Positions 23,311 to 32,989 of a stretch of DNA of 64,000 nucleotides are shown here, piece after piece. This DNA is from Spirochaetia bacterium. GTDB taxonomy: Bacteria; Spirochaetota; Spirochaetia; SZUA-6; Bin103. The notes below the pieces were generated by a model. The model was not told the DNA's origin and did not search any database. It saw only the letters and a program-made list of their open reading frames with translations. The position numbers were made by a program, and so were the translations under genes. Positions within the stretch are counted from its first letter, which is position 1. Every line of letters begins with the position of its first letter. The stretch spans positions 608,001 through 672,000 of the forward strand of contig CBDBOV010000003.1 in NCBI GenBank assembly GCA_965208575.1, in the 5' to 3' direction.

Positions 23311-24300
23311 GTGACGAGCATCGCGGTATTCAACAACAGGGGCGGCGCCGGGAAGACCTCGCTCGTCTATCATCTCGCGTGGATGTATGCCGAACTGGAC
23401 TTCGACGTTGTGGTGGCCGATCTGGATCCGCAAGCCAACCTGACCAGCATGTTTCTGGACGACGACGAGATCGAGGATCTGTGGGCAGGCGACAGCCGTA
23501 GCCGAACGATCCATGCATCTTTGCGCCCGCTCCTGGACGGAACGGGGGATGTCGCGGAACCGCACGTGATCGAGCCGACGACGGGTATAGGGCTGGTTGC
23601 CGGGGACATGCTGCTGTCGGGCGCGGAAGATGAACTGGCAAGCAATTGGCCCGACTGTCTCGATCGCAAGCCGCGAGCATTCCGCGTGCTGTCTGCTTTT
23701 TGGCGAACACTGCACATGGCGGCGGAGGCGAAAGGAGCAGACCTGATTCTGGTTGACGTCGGCCCCAATCTCGGCGCGCTGAATCGGGCAGCTCTCGTTA
23801 CGGCCGATTACGTCGTGGTGCCCCTGGCGCCGGACCTCTACTCCGTACAGGGTCTGCGCAACCTTGGCCCGACCCTGCGGCAGTGGCGGCGGGAGTGGTC
23901 GGAGCGCCGCGATCGCAACCCGGTAACCGATCTCGACATGCCTCGGGGGAAGATGCACCCCGTCGGATACGTGGTGCTGCAACATGCCGCGCGGCTCAAC
24001 CGTCCGGTGAAGGCCTATGAACGTTGGATGGAACGCATTCCGGGCGCGTACCGCGAGTTCGTGATCGACAAGTCAACGACGCGTACGCCATCGACCTACA
24101 CCGATCCGCACTGCCTTGCGACGTTGAAGCACTTCCGGAGCCTGATGCCGCTGGCGCAGGAGGCGCGCAAGCCGATGTTCGCTCTGAAGCCGGCGGACGG
24201 CGCCCTCGGCGGCCACGCCAACGCCGTGCGGGGCTGCTACCGCGACTTTCGTGCGCTCGCGCGCGAAGTGGCGACCCGTTGCGGCGTGACTCCCGAGTGA
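23311..24300 (+). CDS. Orphan ParA/Soj-family ATPase
   Basis: FNNRGGAGKTS, ADLDPQANLT, ILVDVGPNLGALNR; no parB nearby. Confidence 0.85.
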   Translation: MTSIAVFNNRGGAGKTSLVYHLAWMYAELDFDVVVADLDPQANLTSMFLDDDEIEDLWAGDSRSRTIHASLRPLLDGTGDVAEPHVIEPTTGIGLVAGDMLLSGAEDELASNWPDCLDRKPRAFRVLSAFWRTLHMAAEAKGADLILVDVGPNLGALNRAALVTADYVVVPLAPDLYSVQGLRNLGPTLRQWRREWSERRDRNPVTDLDMPRGKMHPVGYVVLQHAARLNRPVKAYERWMERIPGAYREFVIDKSTTRTPSTYTDPHCLATLKHFRSLMPLAQEARKPMFALKPADGALGGHANAVRGCYRDFRALAREVATRCGVTPE

Positions 24301-24319
24301 ACGGCGTGCCGTATCAGTC

Positions 24320-25558
24320 TCAGCGGGGTGCGGCGGAGGGGGCCACCGTGGCGAGGGGGTCGCCGGCGGAGTCGAGCGCGGCGGCGCGGGCGCGCGCGGC
24401 GGCGGAGCGTTGCGGGAGGTCGGCTTGCGACAGCACGGGCGGGTGCGCGGTGGGCGGCAGGGGCGTGTCGTACTGGTATCCGGGCTCCTCCTGCTGGCGC
24501 TTCCAGATGGCCAGGATCTCGCGCCACGAGCCGAGCAGCGTGCGCGGCGCCGGCACGTCGTCCCGGATCACCCGATACAGGCGGGCGAGGTTGTAGCACG
24601 GCACGCCGGCGTACATGTGGTGCTCGGTGTGCCAGTTCATGCCCCAGTACAGGAACTCCGAGATCGGGTCGAGGGTGTTGCTGCGCACGCACAGGCGGAA
24701 GTCGGGCACGTTGTCGCGCAGGCCGGCGTGCATCGGCCCCCCAACCAGCCAGCGCAGCCAGTGGCCGATCGCCAGGTGCGCGGTGAGCAGCAGGGCCAGG
24801 ATCGGCACGCCCAGGGCGACCGGCACCGCGACCGCGGCGCCCAGGGAAAGCAGGATGAAGCGCGCCGCCCACACCGCCCTGCGGCGCATGGCCGGCGCGT
24901 CGCGGTAGATCGCTCGCATCCACTCGCCGTCCCAGTCGCCGCCGGCGCCGGTGGCGGACGGGTAGCGGTCAAGCGCGGTGATCACGTGCAGGCTCAGCAC
25001 CGGCCACAGCCCGGCGGACTGGTAGCCGCCGGTGATGTTGACCGTGAACAACTGCAGCAGGTAGAGGAACCGATACGTGGGGTTCTGCGGCAGCACCACC
25101 TCGCGGTCGCCCTGCGGGTGCAGCGTGTAGCGGTGGTGGTAGCTGTGGCTCACCTTGAAGTCGTAGATGTTGACGAACCCGAACAGGCAGAACACGCGCG
25201 TGAACAGCCCGTTCAGCCACTTGGTCCGGAACACCGTGCCGTGCCCGAGTTCGTGGATCGCCGCGCCCTTGAAGAACGAGCCCACCACGCCGTGCGCCAT
25301 CAGCGCGACCGCGAACAGCGGCCACAGCTCCGCCGCGAACAGCAGCCAGGTCAGCGCGCCGGTCGCCGCCCACAGCAGCAGGTGGCCGACGCTGTGCAGG
25401 CCGCCGCGCCAGTCGCTGCGCCGCATCAGTTCGCGCAGCAGCGCCGGCTCCACCGGCGAACGGTACCACTTGACCCGGAAGTCGCGCCGCACCTCCGCCA
25501 GCGGCTGGAATTCGCCGGCCATGGGTTCCACCGTCCCGTTGCTCGTCGTCGAAGCCAT
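24320..25558 (-). CDS. Membrane fatty-acid desaturase family protein
   Basis: Three His boxes: HELGH, HSYHH, HTEHH. Confidence 0.88.
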   Translation of the reverse strand: MASTTSNGTVEPMAGEFQPLAEVRRDFRVKWYRSPVEPALLRELMRRSDWRGGLHSVGHLLLWAATGALTWLLFAAELWPLFAVALMAHGVVGSFFKGAAIHELGHGTVFRTKWLNGLFTRVFCLFGFVNIYDFKVSHSYHHRYTLHPQGDREVVLPQNPTYRFLYLLQLFTVNITGGYQSAGLWPVLSLHVITALDRYPSATGAGGDWDGEWMRAIYRDAPAMRRRAVWAARFILLSLGAAVAVPVALGVPILALLLTAHLAIGHWLRWLVGGPMHAGLRDNVPDFRLCVRSNTLDPISEFLYWGMNWHTEHHMYAGVPCYNLARLYRVIRDDVPAPRTLLGSWREILAIWKRQQEEPGYQYDTPLPPTAHPPVLSQADLPQRSAAARARAAALDSAGDPLATVAPSAAPR

Positions 25559-25831
25559 CGTGATTGCTTTACAGATACACCGCCCGGAACGTGTTGGCTA
25601 CCCCGCGTCCGCAATACTCTGCCGCGACTGCTCCGCGACCGGGGCAATCTGCTCAGGCGGCAACCGTATTCGGCTGCGATCCGAATCGCCCCGACTACTC
25701 CGACCCCGGCAACGGAACCGGGGCGCCGGTGTCCAGGCTGCGGTAAATGGCCGCGACCAGATCCACCGCCTTCTTCGACTCCGGGCCGTTGCTCAGCGGG
25801 GTTTCGCCGAACTGCCGGCGTGTTTCGTCCG

Positions 25832-25840
25832 TGCTATTAT
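25832..25840 (+). promoter_or_regulatory. Extended -10 element, probable leaderless promoter of the permease-FG-GAP gene
   Basis: TGcTATTAT ending 6 nt before GTG-ATG, no SD; conserved at 41942 and as TGcTACTAT at 54566. Confidence 0.55.
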
Positions 25841-25849
25841 GCCGCTGTG

Positions 25850-28669
25850 ATGCAGACTGCGGCGGTCAGGTCTCGTCCGTTGCTCGCCGGCGCCGCCGCC
25901 AAGCGCCGCGTCGCCGGCGTCGCGCTGCTGCTCGTCATCCTGGTGCCGTTCGCGGCGTTGAACCGGCTCCCCAAGCTGGATACGGTGCGCGAGGATCTGC
26001 GCGCTGCGCTTGCCCCCACCGCGCAGTGTTTTCAGGGGTTCTGCATCGAGGACCCCGACCGGGCGGGCGAACGGAGTGGGTTCTTCGAACGTTGGTGGCG
26101 ATTCTCCGTGACCTACCTGCAGCTCGTTGCCGTCGGGATGTTGTTCGCGTTCGCGGCCGCCGCCATTGCCGAGGCTTTCCTGGTCGCCGAGGTGTCGGTG
26201 AGTGCAGGCGCCACTACCGCGCCCGCTGGACCCGGGCGTTGGCGACGCATCCTGAAGGGCATCGGTCTCGGCCCCGTGCTCAACCTCTGTTCGGCCTGCA
26301 TCGCTCCGGTGTCCAGCACGCTGCGGCGCGGCGGCATGGGAGTGGAGGGCGCGCTCGCGCTGGTGCACGGATCGGCCACGCTGAACGTGCCGTCGCTGCT
26401 GATGATCGCCGTGGTGTTCACGCCCCTGCTCGGTGCGAGCCGGCTCGTTCTCGGGCTGGTCGCCGCGCTGTCGCTGGGGCCCCTGGTCGCGTGGGCGGTG
26501 CGCCGGCGCGGCGCGCGCCTGGACGACCGCGCGGGCGCCGAGGTCGCGTGCGAGCTGCCGGCGATGGCAGCGGAAACGGCGACCTGGTCGGAGGTGCTGC
26601 GCACCGGCGGCGCGGCGTGGCTGCGCTCGTTCGTCCGCCTGGTGCGGCGCATGTTGCCGCTCATGATCGTGGCCGGCTTCGCCAGCGGCGCGGCCATCCA
26701 GGCGTTGCAACCGGAGACCGTTACCGCCTACCTCGGCGACAGCCTGCTGGGGGTGGTAATCGCGGCGACGCTCGGGGTGCTTATCAACGTGCCGCTGCTG
26801 TTCGAGATCCCGCTGGTCGCGCTACTGCTGATCCTCGGCGCCGGCACCGCGCCGGCCGCGGCGCTGCTGTTCGCCGCCGCCGCCGCGGGGCCGGTCACTT
26901 TCCTCGCGCTTGCCAAGGCCCTCGGTCGCCGCGGCGTCGCCGTCTACGCGGGCGGCACCTGGGCCATCGCCGTCCTTGGGGGATGCGCGGTGCTGCTGGT
27001 GGGGGCGCTGCTGGGGCCGGAGCGGGCGGCGCTGCGACTCGACGGCGGTGCAGCTACCGAGCGCACCGGCCACGTGGGCGCCGTGCCCAACGCCATCGTG
27101 CTGGCCACCTGCGCCGGTGAGCCGGCGCTGTGCCCGGAGCAGAGCGGACTCCGTTGGCCGCACACGCCCACCATCCATGGGCACTCGGTGACCAGTGCCG
27201 GGGGCGCCGTCGGCGACTTCGACCGGGACGGTTGGCAGGACCTGTTCGTGCCGTCGGGCGGCACCTCGCCCGACCGGCTGTACATGAACAACGGCGACGG
27301 CACGTTCACGGACCGCGCCGCCGAGGCCGGAATCGCGGCCCGCCATCACGGCTACGGCGCGGCCGTCGGCGACGTGGACGGCGATGGCTGGCTCGACATC
27401 TTCGTCATCAGCTACGGCAGCGTGGACCAGCGCTTCACCATGCCCGGCAACCACCGCCTGTACCGCAACAACGGCGACGGCACGTTCACCGACATCGCCG
27501 CCCGCGCGGGGGTGGCGACCACCAGCCTCAAGCAGCCGACCGGCACCGGGGCCAGCTTCGGCGACTACGACCTCGACGGCGACCTGGACCTGGCCGTGGC
27601 CTCGTGGTTCTACGGCGAGGGGGGCAACGCGCTGTTCCGGAACAACGGCGACGGGACGTTCGAGAACGTGACCTCACTGCTGCCATTCGGTGGCAAGCGT
27701 GCCCCGATGGGGTATACGCCGCTGTTCGCCGACATGGACGGCGACCGCTATCCCGAGTTGCTGTGGGCCGCCGACTACTTCACCAGCAGCTACCTGCGCA
27801 ACGACGGCGGTGGCGGCTTCACCGACATCACCGCGCAATCCGGGACCGGGCTGGACGCCAACGGCATGGGCGCAGCGGCAGCCGATCTCGACAACGACGG
27901 CAGGCTCGACTGGTTCGTCACCTCAATCAGCACACGGTATGCGGTCGACAAGGCGCCGGGTACCGGGAACTTCCTGTACCGCAACCAGGGCGGCCATCGC
28001 TACGAGTCGGTCGGCGACCGCGCGGGGGTCGAGGAGGGCGGCTGGGGATGGGGTGCCGCGGCGGTGGATCTGGACCACGACGGCTGGCTCGACCTCGTGC
28101 AGACCAACGGCTGGGAGGGCCACAACGGCCGCGACGATCCCGAGTGGGCGTCCGAGACGACCAGGGTGTTCCGCAACCTCACCGCCGTCTCGTCCGAGCT
28201 GACCTTCGCCGACGTCGCCGAACAAGCGGGCCTCGTGCACCGCGGGCAGGGCCGCGGAGTGGTTCACCTCGACTATGACAATGACGGCGACCAGGACCTG
28301 GTGATCTTCAACAACGGCGGGCTACCCACGTTGGTGCGCAACGAGATCGACACGGGTACGGACGGTAGCGGGCACTGGCTGCGCGTGTTTCTGGACACCG
28401 CAGCGCGTGCAGACTTGGCGCCCGACGGTTTCGGCAGCCTGGTCGCGGTGCGCTCCGGCGATCTTCGCCAGGTGCGCTACGTCGGCGCTGCGGCCGGCTA
28501 CCTCGGCCCGTCCGAGCTGTCGGCCCACTTCGGTCTCGGCGCCGCGCCGGTGGTGGACGAGCTGCAGGTGCACTGGGCCGACGGCAGCACCTCCACCTAC
28601 CACCAGGTGCCCACCAACCGCACCCTCACCATCACGGCGCGTCAGGAGTCTGTCGGATTGGCGCGTTAG
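25850..28669 (+). CDS. DUF318/ArsP-like permease fused to an FG-GAP/VCBS repeat and ASPIC-UnbV (CRTAC1-like) domain, copy 1, intact, 939 aa
   Basis: N-half multi-TM with GPVLNLCSAC and INVPLLFEIPL; C-half with repeated GDFDRDGWQDLF/DxDGDGxLD motifs and ELSAHFGLG...VHWADG. Confidence 0.85.
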   Translation: MQTAAVRSRPLLAGAAAKRRVAGVALLLVILVPFAALNRLPKLDTVREDLRAALAPTAQCFQGFCIEDPDRAGERSGFFERWWRFSVTYLQLVAVGMLFAFAAAAIAEAFLVAEVSVSAGATTAPAGPGRWRRILKGIGLGPVLNLCSACIAPVSSTLRRGGMGVEGALALVHGSATLNVPSLLMIAVVFTPLLGASRLVLGLVAALSLGPLVAWAVRRRGARLDDRAGAEVACELPAMAAETATWSEVLRTGGAAWLRSFVRLVRRMLPLMIVAGFASGAAIQALQPETVTAYLGDSLLGVVIAATLGVLINVPLLFEIPLVALLLILGAGTAPAAALLFAAAAAGPVTFLALAKALGRRGVAVYAGGTWAIAVLGGCAVLLVGALLGPERAALRLDGGAATERTGHVGAVPNAIVLATCAGEPALCPEQSGLRWPHTPTIHGHSVTSAGGAVGDFDRDGWQDLFVPSGGTSPDRLYMNNGDGTFTDRAAEAGIAARHHGYGAAVGDVDGDGWLDIFVISYGSVDQRFTMPGNHRLYRNNGDGTFTDIAARAGVATTSLKQPTGTGASFGDYDLDGDLDLAVASWFYGEGGNALFRNNGDGTFENVTSLLPFGGKRAPMGYTPLFADMDGDRYPELLWAADYFTSSYLRNDGGGGFTDITAQSGTGLDANGMGAAAADLDNDGRLDWFVTSISTRYAVDKAPGTGNFLYRNQGGHRYESVGDRAGVEEGGWGWGAAAVDLDHDGWLDLVQTNGWEGHNGRDDPEWASETTRVFRNLTAVSSELTFADVAEQAGLVHRGQGRGVVHLDYDNDGDQDLVIFNNGGLPTLVRNEIDTGTDGSGHWLRVFLDTAARADLAPDGFGSLVAVRSGDLRQVRYVGAAAGYLGPSELSAHFGLGAAPVVDELQVHWADGSTSTYHQVPTNRTLTITARQESVGLAR

Positions 28670-28673
28670 CGGC
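28645..28673 (+). mobile_element. IS/MITE end relic GGAGTCTGTCGGATTGGCGCGTTAGCGGC supplying the stop codon of copy 1
   Basis: Replaces the native stop seen in copies 2 and 3; recurs at 37167-37189 with a matching inverted end. Confidence 0.55.
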
Positions 28674-28737
28674 TCGTCTTCAAACCGGATGGCGCGGGTC
28701 ACCGCCGACGCAACTCGTCTTCGGCTCGCCGTCTCAC
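28673..28737 (-). pseudogene. 65-bp relic of the antitoxin/ParE junction
   Basis: Identical to 57841-57905. Confidence 0.9.
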
Positions 28738-29300
28738 CCAGGCGCCATGCTGGAGAGCCGCTCCGCCTCATCCCGCACAACGCGCCAGTCGAACGCGCTC
28801 CGGATCAGCCGGCTGCGCGCAATGGCGCCGGCAAGCATGGCCCTCGACCGACTTGCCGCGTTGGGTGCCGCTGGGAACTTCGGCGGAGAGTTTGGTACTG
28901 GCGGGGTTGGATACGGTGGAACAACCGTAACTCAGCCGCGGCGGCCGCTACTCCGCTTCCGGTACTCTCAGCGCCCGCAACGCAGGCGTTCGAACAGAGT
29001 CAACTCCGCAGGCGCGCGGCGCCTGACTCACGGGGCTTACGCCGCGCGCGCGTGCGGTTCCTTGCGTACCACTTTGCACCTCCTGTACGCCAGGAATACC
29101 GGGTTGTTGTGGATATGATGACGTGATTGACCAGTGGAAGGGGGATCCAGGACCGTGGCGGGCGGGGCGGTGACCAGTGGCTGCGCGGATACGGGTCGTC
29201 ATGCATCATGCGCATCGGTCGCGATCCCAAGGGGTTCACCGTAGCCGACTCTGCAACGGCCGTCAAGCGCGTGTCGTCAGTCCCGTCAGTCCCGTCGCGA

Positions 29301-30341
29301 TCACCGGTCCGGATAGAGGAGTATCTTTATGCCCTGCCGATCCTGCAACGCGTCGAATGCCTGCTGCCACTGGGACATCGGCATGGTGTGGGATACCAGC
29401 GGGCGCGCATCGACCTTGCCGGTGCTCATCAACTGCAGGCTCCGTTCCCAGTCGCGATGGCGGTAGCCGAAACTCCCCACCACCCTCAGTTCCTTGTAGG
29501 CAATCTGCATGAAGTCGATCTCGTAGCGGTGCATGGAGGTGCCGAGCTGGATGAACTGCGCCCCGCGGCGTCCGTAGTCGAACAGCCGATTGACCGATGA
29601 CCCGTGGCCCGAGCACTCGATCAGCACGTCCGCACCACCACCGGCGGTAAGGTCCAGGAGGTGGGGGAGGGGATCCTCCCGCTCCACGTTGTACACCTCG
29701 TCGACGCCAAGCTGCCGCGCAACCTCGAGTTTGGCCTCGTCGCCGTCGACGCCGCAAACCACCACGTAGCCACCTTCGGCTTTGGCGATCTGCGCGGCCA
29801 GCAGGCCGATCGGCCCCGGGCCGGAAACGACCACCAGGTCGGTGGTGTGAATCTCGCCATGCGAGAGGATGCCCCTGGTGCACACGGCGAGCGGCTCGGT
29901 CATGGCAGCCGATTGCAGGTCGACTCCGGGCGGCAGCCGAAGTACCGCGTCCTCCTCGTATACCCCAAAGCGCGTCATGCCGCCATAGGTGGCGATGCCC
30001 CAGGGCGTCTCGAACCCACGACGTTTGCCTTGCGGCCAGTCCCAGCCATGCCGCTGATGGAGGGTGACACGCGCGTCCAGGGGTGCCACCACGATCTCGT
30101 CGCCGGGCTGCACGCGCGTGACCTGTTCGCCCACTTCGGCCGCGACTGCGCTGAACTCGTGGCCGAGTACCATGGGAGGACGGTAATATGCGTGATCGTC
30201 GCTGACGATCTTCCGGTCGGTGGCGCAGATACCGCAGAACTTGATCTCTGCCTTGATCTGTCTCGGCCCGGGTTCCGGTACCGGAATCTCGACCAGCTCG
30301 GTGTTGCCGCGTCCTCGACGGGTCTTGACCACCGCCTGCAT
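29301..30341 (-). CDS. Zinc-dependent MDR alcohol dehydrogenase (sorbitol/threonine dehydrogenase-like)
   Basis: CGICATD, LGHEFS, TEPLA, GPGPIG; the four-Cys structural Zn loop is absent. Confidence 0.88.
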   Translation of the reverse strand: MQAVVKTRRGRGNTELVEIPVPEPGPRQIKAEIKFCGICATDRKIVSDDHAYYRPPMVLGHEFSAVAAEVGEQVTRVQPGDEIVVAPLDARVTLHQRHGWDWPQGKRRGFETPWGIATYGGMTRFGVYEEDAVLRLPPGVDLQSAAMTEPLAVCTRGILSHGEIHTTDLVVVSGPGPIGLLAAQIAKAEGGYVVVCGVDGDEAKLEVARQLGVDEVYNVEREDPLPHLLDLTAGGGADVLIECSGHGSSVNRLFDYGRRGAQFIQLGTSMHRYEIDFMQIAYKELRVVGSFGYRHRDWERSLQLMSTGKVDARPLVSHTMPMSQWQQAFDALQDRQGIKILLYPDR

Positions 30342-30426
30342 GGAACTCTCAGTGCTTGCCACAGGTTCGACTATATCATGACCACCGGCATGAGCGACCA
30401 CGTCACCGGCCCAGCAACGCGGGACC

Positions 30427-30601
30427 GCCGCCCACCAGGATCGGCAATTGCAGGTCCACCAGGGTAACCACCGGGATGATGGCGTTCTTGACCGCGTGGC
30501 GCAGCACGACCGCCTTCTCCTTCAGGCCCTTGGACCAGGCGGTGCGGACATAGTCCTGCCGCAGCACCTCCAGCATCATGGTGCGCGTCATGCGCATGGT
30601 G
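30427..30601 (-). pseudogene. Internal dppB-like permease fragment
   Basis: TMRMTRTMMLEVLRQDYVRTAWSKGL...LPILVGG, a diverged match to about 59936-60110. Confidence 0.9.
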
Positions 30602-30680
30602 TCGCTCTTGCTGCGCGCCCGGTGACTGTATACGGTTGGCTGTTCTTGGCTAGTCAACGAACTAAGTCTATTCTGCCCTG

Positions 30681-31013
30681 GTGACTACGGTGAACATACA
30701 CGAGGCAAAGACGCATCTCTCCCGGCTGCTGAAGCGGGTAGCCGTTGGCGAGCAGATCGTCATCGCCAGGGCCGGCACGCCGATTGCCCGGCTCACTCCG
30801 TACAAGGAACAGGGCCGGCAACGTGTCGCCGGACGAGAATCGTGGAGTGAATGTCACGTCATCGTACATCGACATCCAAGCTCGGTTTCGAGGGACCTCC
30901 GCGGGTTGACGGTTCGACTCCCGGTCCACCTGCGCGCCTCGGCCGCCTCCGCGGCTTGGAATTGCTGGTACCCGGGAAGGCTGCCGGCGGCGGGTGGCCG
31001 GCACTGGTCATAA
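30681..31013 (+). pseudogene. Orphan Phd/YefM antitoxin with a scrambled 3' end and no cognate toxin
   Basis: VNIHEAKTHLSRLL...GEQIVIARAGTPIARLTP; homology lost after about 30845. Confidence 0.75.
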
Positions 31014-31043
31014 TTTCCGCCTGGTCGTATTATATGACTACTT

Positions 31044-31274
31044 ATGAACACGCGGACGATCGGCGCAGCGAAATTCAAGGAGCAGTGTCTGGCGCTTCTC
31101 GACGACCTCCCCAGTGACGGCCTGATCGTTACCAAACACGGCAAGCCGGTGGCCCGGGTTGTGCGCTATCCAGTGCAACCGCGCCAGCTGATCGGCGCGT
31201 TACGAGGGAAGCTAGCCGTACGCGGTGACATCCTCACCACGGGAGTGACGTGGGATGCCGCTGCTGAATCTTGA
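31044..31274 (+). CDS. Phd/YefM-family antitoxin
   Basis: IGAAKFKEQCLALLD...IVTKHGKPVARVV. Confidence 0.88.
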   Translation: MNTRTIGAAKFKEQCLALLDDLPSDGLIVTKHGKPVARVVRYPVQPRQLIGALRGKLAVRGDILTTGVTWDAAAES

Positions 31275-31629
31275 TACGCACATTCTCGTGCACGCCCTCA
31301 CCGGCGACCTGAGACCTACGGAGGAGTCGATGCTGATCAAGCACGGCTGGGGAGTGGCGGCTATCGTCTTCTGGGAGCTGGCGAAGTTGTCGCAGCTTGG
31401 CCGGATCGACGTCGATCTCGGCGACGCCGAGGTCCAGAGTGTGCTGGCCAGCCTGCACATTTGGCCGCTCGACCTCGCCGTAGCCCGGGCCTCGATCGAC
31501 CTGGACTTTCGCGGCGACCCGGCGGACGAACTGATCGCGGCGACCAGCGTGGTGCACAACATCCCCCTGCTGACTCGAGACCGGCAGATGCTGAAGTCGA
31601 CGCGGGTACCGCTGGCGCGCGTGACCTGA
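31255..31629 (+). CDS. vapC: VapC-family PIN toxin
   Basis: LDTHILV...FWELA...DPADELIAAT...LLTRD. Confidence 0.88.
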   Translation: MPLLNLDTHILVHALTGDLRPTEESMLIKHGWGVAAIVFWELAKLSQLGRIDVDLGDAEVQSVLASLHIWPLDLAVARASIDLDFRGDPADELIAATSVVHNIPLLTRDRQMLKSTRVPLARVT

Positions 31630-31937
31630 TCTTATATGATGTGACCCCCCGCGCCCTGCTCTACCTGATCACGCCCCGGCGTGCTCTACTTCGTCATTTC
31701 CAGGTCTCGACCGCCAGGCCCGGGGTCACGATCCCCCCGTCGGGAGACTCCTGAGCAAACACGGCGCTCGCCATCACGAACGCCACGAGGAACCGGGCTG
31801 CCCCGAAGATGCCAAGGCTTAGCCGGCGAGATTGGCGCGGGTTCATATTCACGAGCGCGGAAGGTAGATGGCAGCGGGAGGTTAGTCAATTCGTGCTCGG
31901 GCTTGATAGCCGTCCCTGCCGTTAGTATTTTGTACGT

Positions 31938-32195
31938 ATGAAGCGCAAGCTTGTACGCGTCGGAAACAGCCTTGCCGTCACCCTGCCGCACGATCTGGTC
32001 AAGGAGTTCGCATTGCGGCCCGGCATGGAGGTAGACGCGACGGTTGATCCGCGTGACGGGAGTTTCGTGGTGCGCACCGGAGTCAAGTTGTTCGAGGAGG
32101 GCGAGGTCTCACCGCGGTACCGGAAAATGGTGAACCATCTCGTGGAGGAGCGGCGAGAACTGTACGAACGCCTCGCCGGCGGCAGTGATGAATGA
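31938..32195 (+). CDS. AbrB/MazE/SpoVT-family antitoxin
   Basis: KLVRVGNSLAVTLP...; C-terminal RELYERLA; ATGA overlap with doc. Confidence 0.85.
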   Translation: MKRKLVRVGNSLAVTLPHDLVKEFALRPGMEVDATVDPRDGSFVVRTGVKLFEEGEVSPRYRKMVNHLVEERRELYERLAGGSDE

Positions 32196-32578
32196 TCGAG
32201 TATCTCGGTGAGCAGCAGATTCTCCACCTCCATCGGTCGCTGCTGGCCGCCACCGGCGGAGCCGGCGGCCTGAGGGATCGGGGGATGCTGCAATCGGCGC
32301 TGGCGCGGCCCGCCGCGTCCTTTGCCGGCCAGGATCTCTACGTGTCTCTGTCGGAAAAGGCGGCAGCCTTGATGCACTCGCTGGTGAGCAACCATGCGTT
32401 CGTGGACGGCAATAAGAGAGTCGCAATTGCGGCGACCGAGCTGTTCCTGCTCGCCAATGGCCATCGCCTCGAGGCCGATGCCGATGCCCTGGAGCAGTTG
32501 ACCCTCGCGGCGGCGGCGTCCCAAATCGGCCGCGAAGAAATCCGGATTTGGATCGAGCAGCATATCTCGCGGGAATGA
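32192..32578 (+). CDS. doc: Doc (death-on-curing, Fic-domain) toxin
   Basis: GLRDRGMLQSALARP and NHAFVDGNKR. Confidence 0.92.
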   Translation: MIEYLGEQQILHLHRSLLAATGGAGGLRDRGMLQSALARPAASFAGQDLYVSLSEKAAALMHSLVSNHAFVDGNKRVAIAATELFLLANGHRLEADADALEQLTLAAAASQIGREEIRIWIEQHISRE

Positions 32579-32725
32579 CGAGCAACAAAGATGCCTGATC
32601 AGGGCTGGACGTGACGGCGGCGCTCGCCGTGCTGTGGGAGCCGCAGGCCGCCGCCGGGGGAGCCGGGACTCCCTGAGAGATCGGCGCCGTCGCGAAATGC
32701 CTCTAAAGGGCGCGTTCCGGCCGGT

Positions 32726-32983
32726 GTGGACTACTTGGATATGGACGCTGAGCATACAAATTTTGATATGAAAGAGCTAGTGGAGACCGTCCATTGTGCT
32801 CACCTGGCTGGTATCACACCTATGGTACGCCTTCCTGCCTTGGAGCAACATTTCATCACTAGACTGCTAGATAACGGTTGTCAATGTCTGATCCTACCAA
32901 GTATCAGGACCGGAGCGGAGGCCCGGCGGTTCATAGAGTTTGCCAAATTCCACCCGGAAGGAAAGCGTGCGTTTGGTGAGTGA
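32726..32983 (+). pseudogene. HpcH/HpaI aldolase internal fragment, low GC
   Basis: DMDAEHT...PMVRLP...RLLDNG...KFHPEGKRAF; near-identical to about 50706-50965. Confidence 0.8.
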
Positions 32984-32989
32984 GCACCG

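Noticed and set aside
24410-25849. N-terminal 480 aa of the 1419-aa ORF
   Set aside because: Antisense shadow of the desaturase; homology among the three copies and the extended -10 place the start at ~25847-25850.
28738-29300. Possible ncRNA or small ORFs (hairpin TACGGT-N6-ACCGTA near 28912-28929, short GTCAGTCCC repeats)
   Set aside because: No family recognised and no second copy to support a structure.
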